This document shows, in pieces, positions 31,524-32,000 of a stretch of DNA of 32,000 bases. Within the stretch, counting starts at the first letter, position 1. Every line of letters begins with the position of its first letter. Source of the DNA: Gammaproteobacteria bacterium (GTDB taxonomy: Bacteria > Pseudomonadota > Gammaproteobacteria > DATFLG01); assembly GCA_035267985.1 (NCBI GenBank), contig DATFLG010000272.1, positions 3,128 to 35,127 of the forward strand, in the 5' to 3' direction. The notes beneath the pieces are model-generated. The model had not been told where the DNA came from. It saw only the letters and a program-made list of their open reading frames with translations, and did no database searches. A program made the position numbers and the translations under genes.

Positions 31524-32000
31524 ATGAGTCTGCTCTCCCTTCGAATCCAGGACTTCCGCAATCTGACCGCTGTCGAGCTGGCCCCTTCGCCAGGGCTCAA
31601 TCTCATTGTGGGTGCCAATGCGGCGGGCAAGACAAGCCTGCTGGAGGGGATTTTCTTTCTCGGCCATGGTCGCTCCTTCCGCAGCCGGCACCCGGAACGG
31701 CTGATTCGGGAGGGAACGGATGCCTGCAGCGTGGTGGGGCAGGTGGCCGGAGGGGGGGGTGGCAGTGGGCTGACCGTAGGCATCGAGCGGAGCCGCCGGG
31801 GCTGGCGGGCACGGATCGGCGGCGCGCCGGTGCGCGGGCTGGCCGAGCTGGCGGGGCAGCTGCCGACCCAGCTGATCAACCCGGACAGCCACCGCCTGCT
31901 GGAGGGGGGGCCGCAATATCGCCGGCGCTTCCTGGACTGGGGCGTGTTCCACGTGGAACATCGTTTTCTCGGGGCGTGGCAGCGCTACATGCGGGCCCTG
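31524..32000 (+). CDS. recF: DNA replication/repair protein RecF (N-terminal part; runs off the window)
   Basis: ATG at 31524. Translation is MSLLSLRIQDFRNLTAVELAPSPGLNLIVGANAAGKTSLLEGIFFLGHGRSFR with a Walker A motif. The frame is open to base 32000. It is missing from the ORF track because there is no stop within the window. Confidence 0.9.
   Translation, partial: MSLLSLRIQDFRNLTAVELAPSPGLNLIVGANAAGKTSLLEGIFFLGHGRSFRSRHPERLIREGTDACSVVGQVAGGGGGSGLTVGIERSRRGWRARIGGAPVRGLAELAGQLPTQLINPDSHRLLEGGPQYRRRFLDWGVFHVEHRFLGAWQRYMRAL
31944..31959. promoter_or_regulatory. Perfect parS centromere-like site (ParB binding) inside recF
   Basis: TGTTCCACGTGGAACA is an exact 16-bp palindrome matching the chromosomal parS consensus TGTTNCACGTGAAACA. 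It lies about 12 kb from parAB and about 1.6 kb from the DnaA-box cluster. Confidence 0.75.

Overview
High-GC, gammaproteobacterium-like chromosomal segment covering the replication-origin neighbourhood. The taxon is inferred only from gene content and order, and HiPIP plus PEP-CTERM would fit a sulfur-oxidiser or phototroph relative. From 8187 to 28586 almost every gene is on the minus strand in classic origin-proximal order: glmS, glmU, atpCDGAHFEBI, parB, parA, rsmG, mnmG, mnmE, yidC, yidD, rnpA, rpmH. The strand then switches to plus with dnaA, dnaN and a partial recF. Sequence-visible origin and segregation signals are four DnaA boxes followed by an AT-rich palindromic stretch between dnaA and dnaN, one perfect DnaA box upstream of dnaA, and a perfect 16-bp parS palindrome inside recF. 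The only clearly accessory part is about 5 kb between the glmS 3' end and an L,D-transpeptidase gene (about 3255-8186). It is visibly less GC-rich and partly decayed. It carries a hipBA toxin-antitoxin operon with an array of ATGACCA-N6-TGGTCAT operators, a truncated ribbon-helix-helix antitoxin next to a ParE-like toxin remnant, and a 393-aa conserved protein of unknown function. The left end holds the tail of a periplasmic binding protein, a sulfotransferase, a Tat-exported HiPIP and a YkuD_2 L,D-transpeptidase. A PEP-CTERM exosortase-substrate gene sits on the opposite strand between mnmG and mnmE. I see no CRISPR array, rRNA, tRNA or intact transposase or integrase, and no convincing multi-gene novel system. 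The most open questions are the 393-aa protein and the nature of the glmS-adjacent island. Many long ORFs in the track are antisense shadows typical of high-GC DNA and were rejected.
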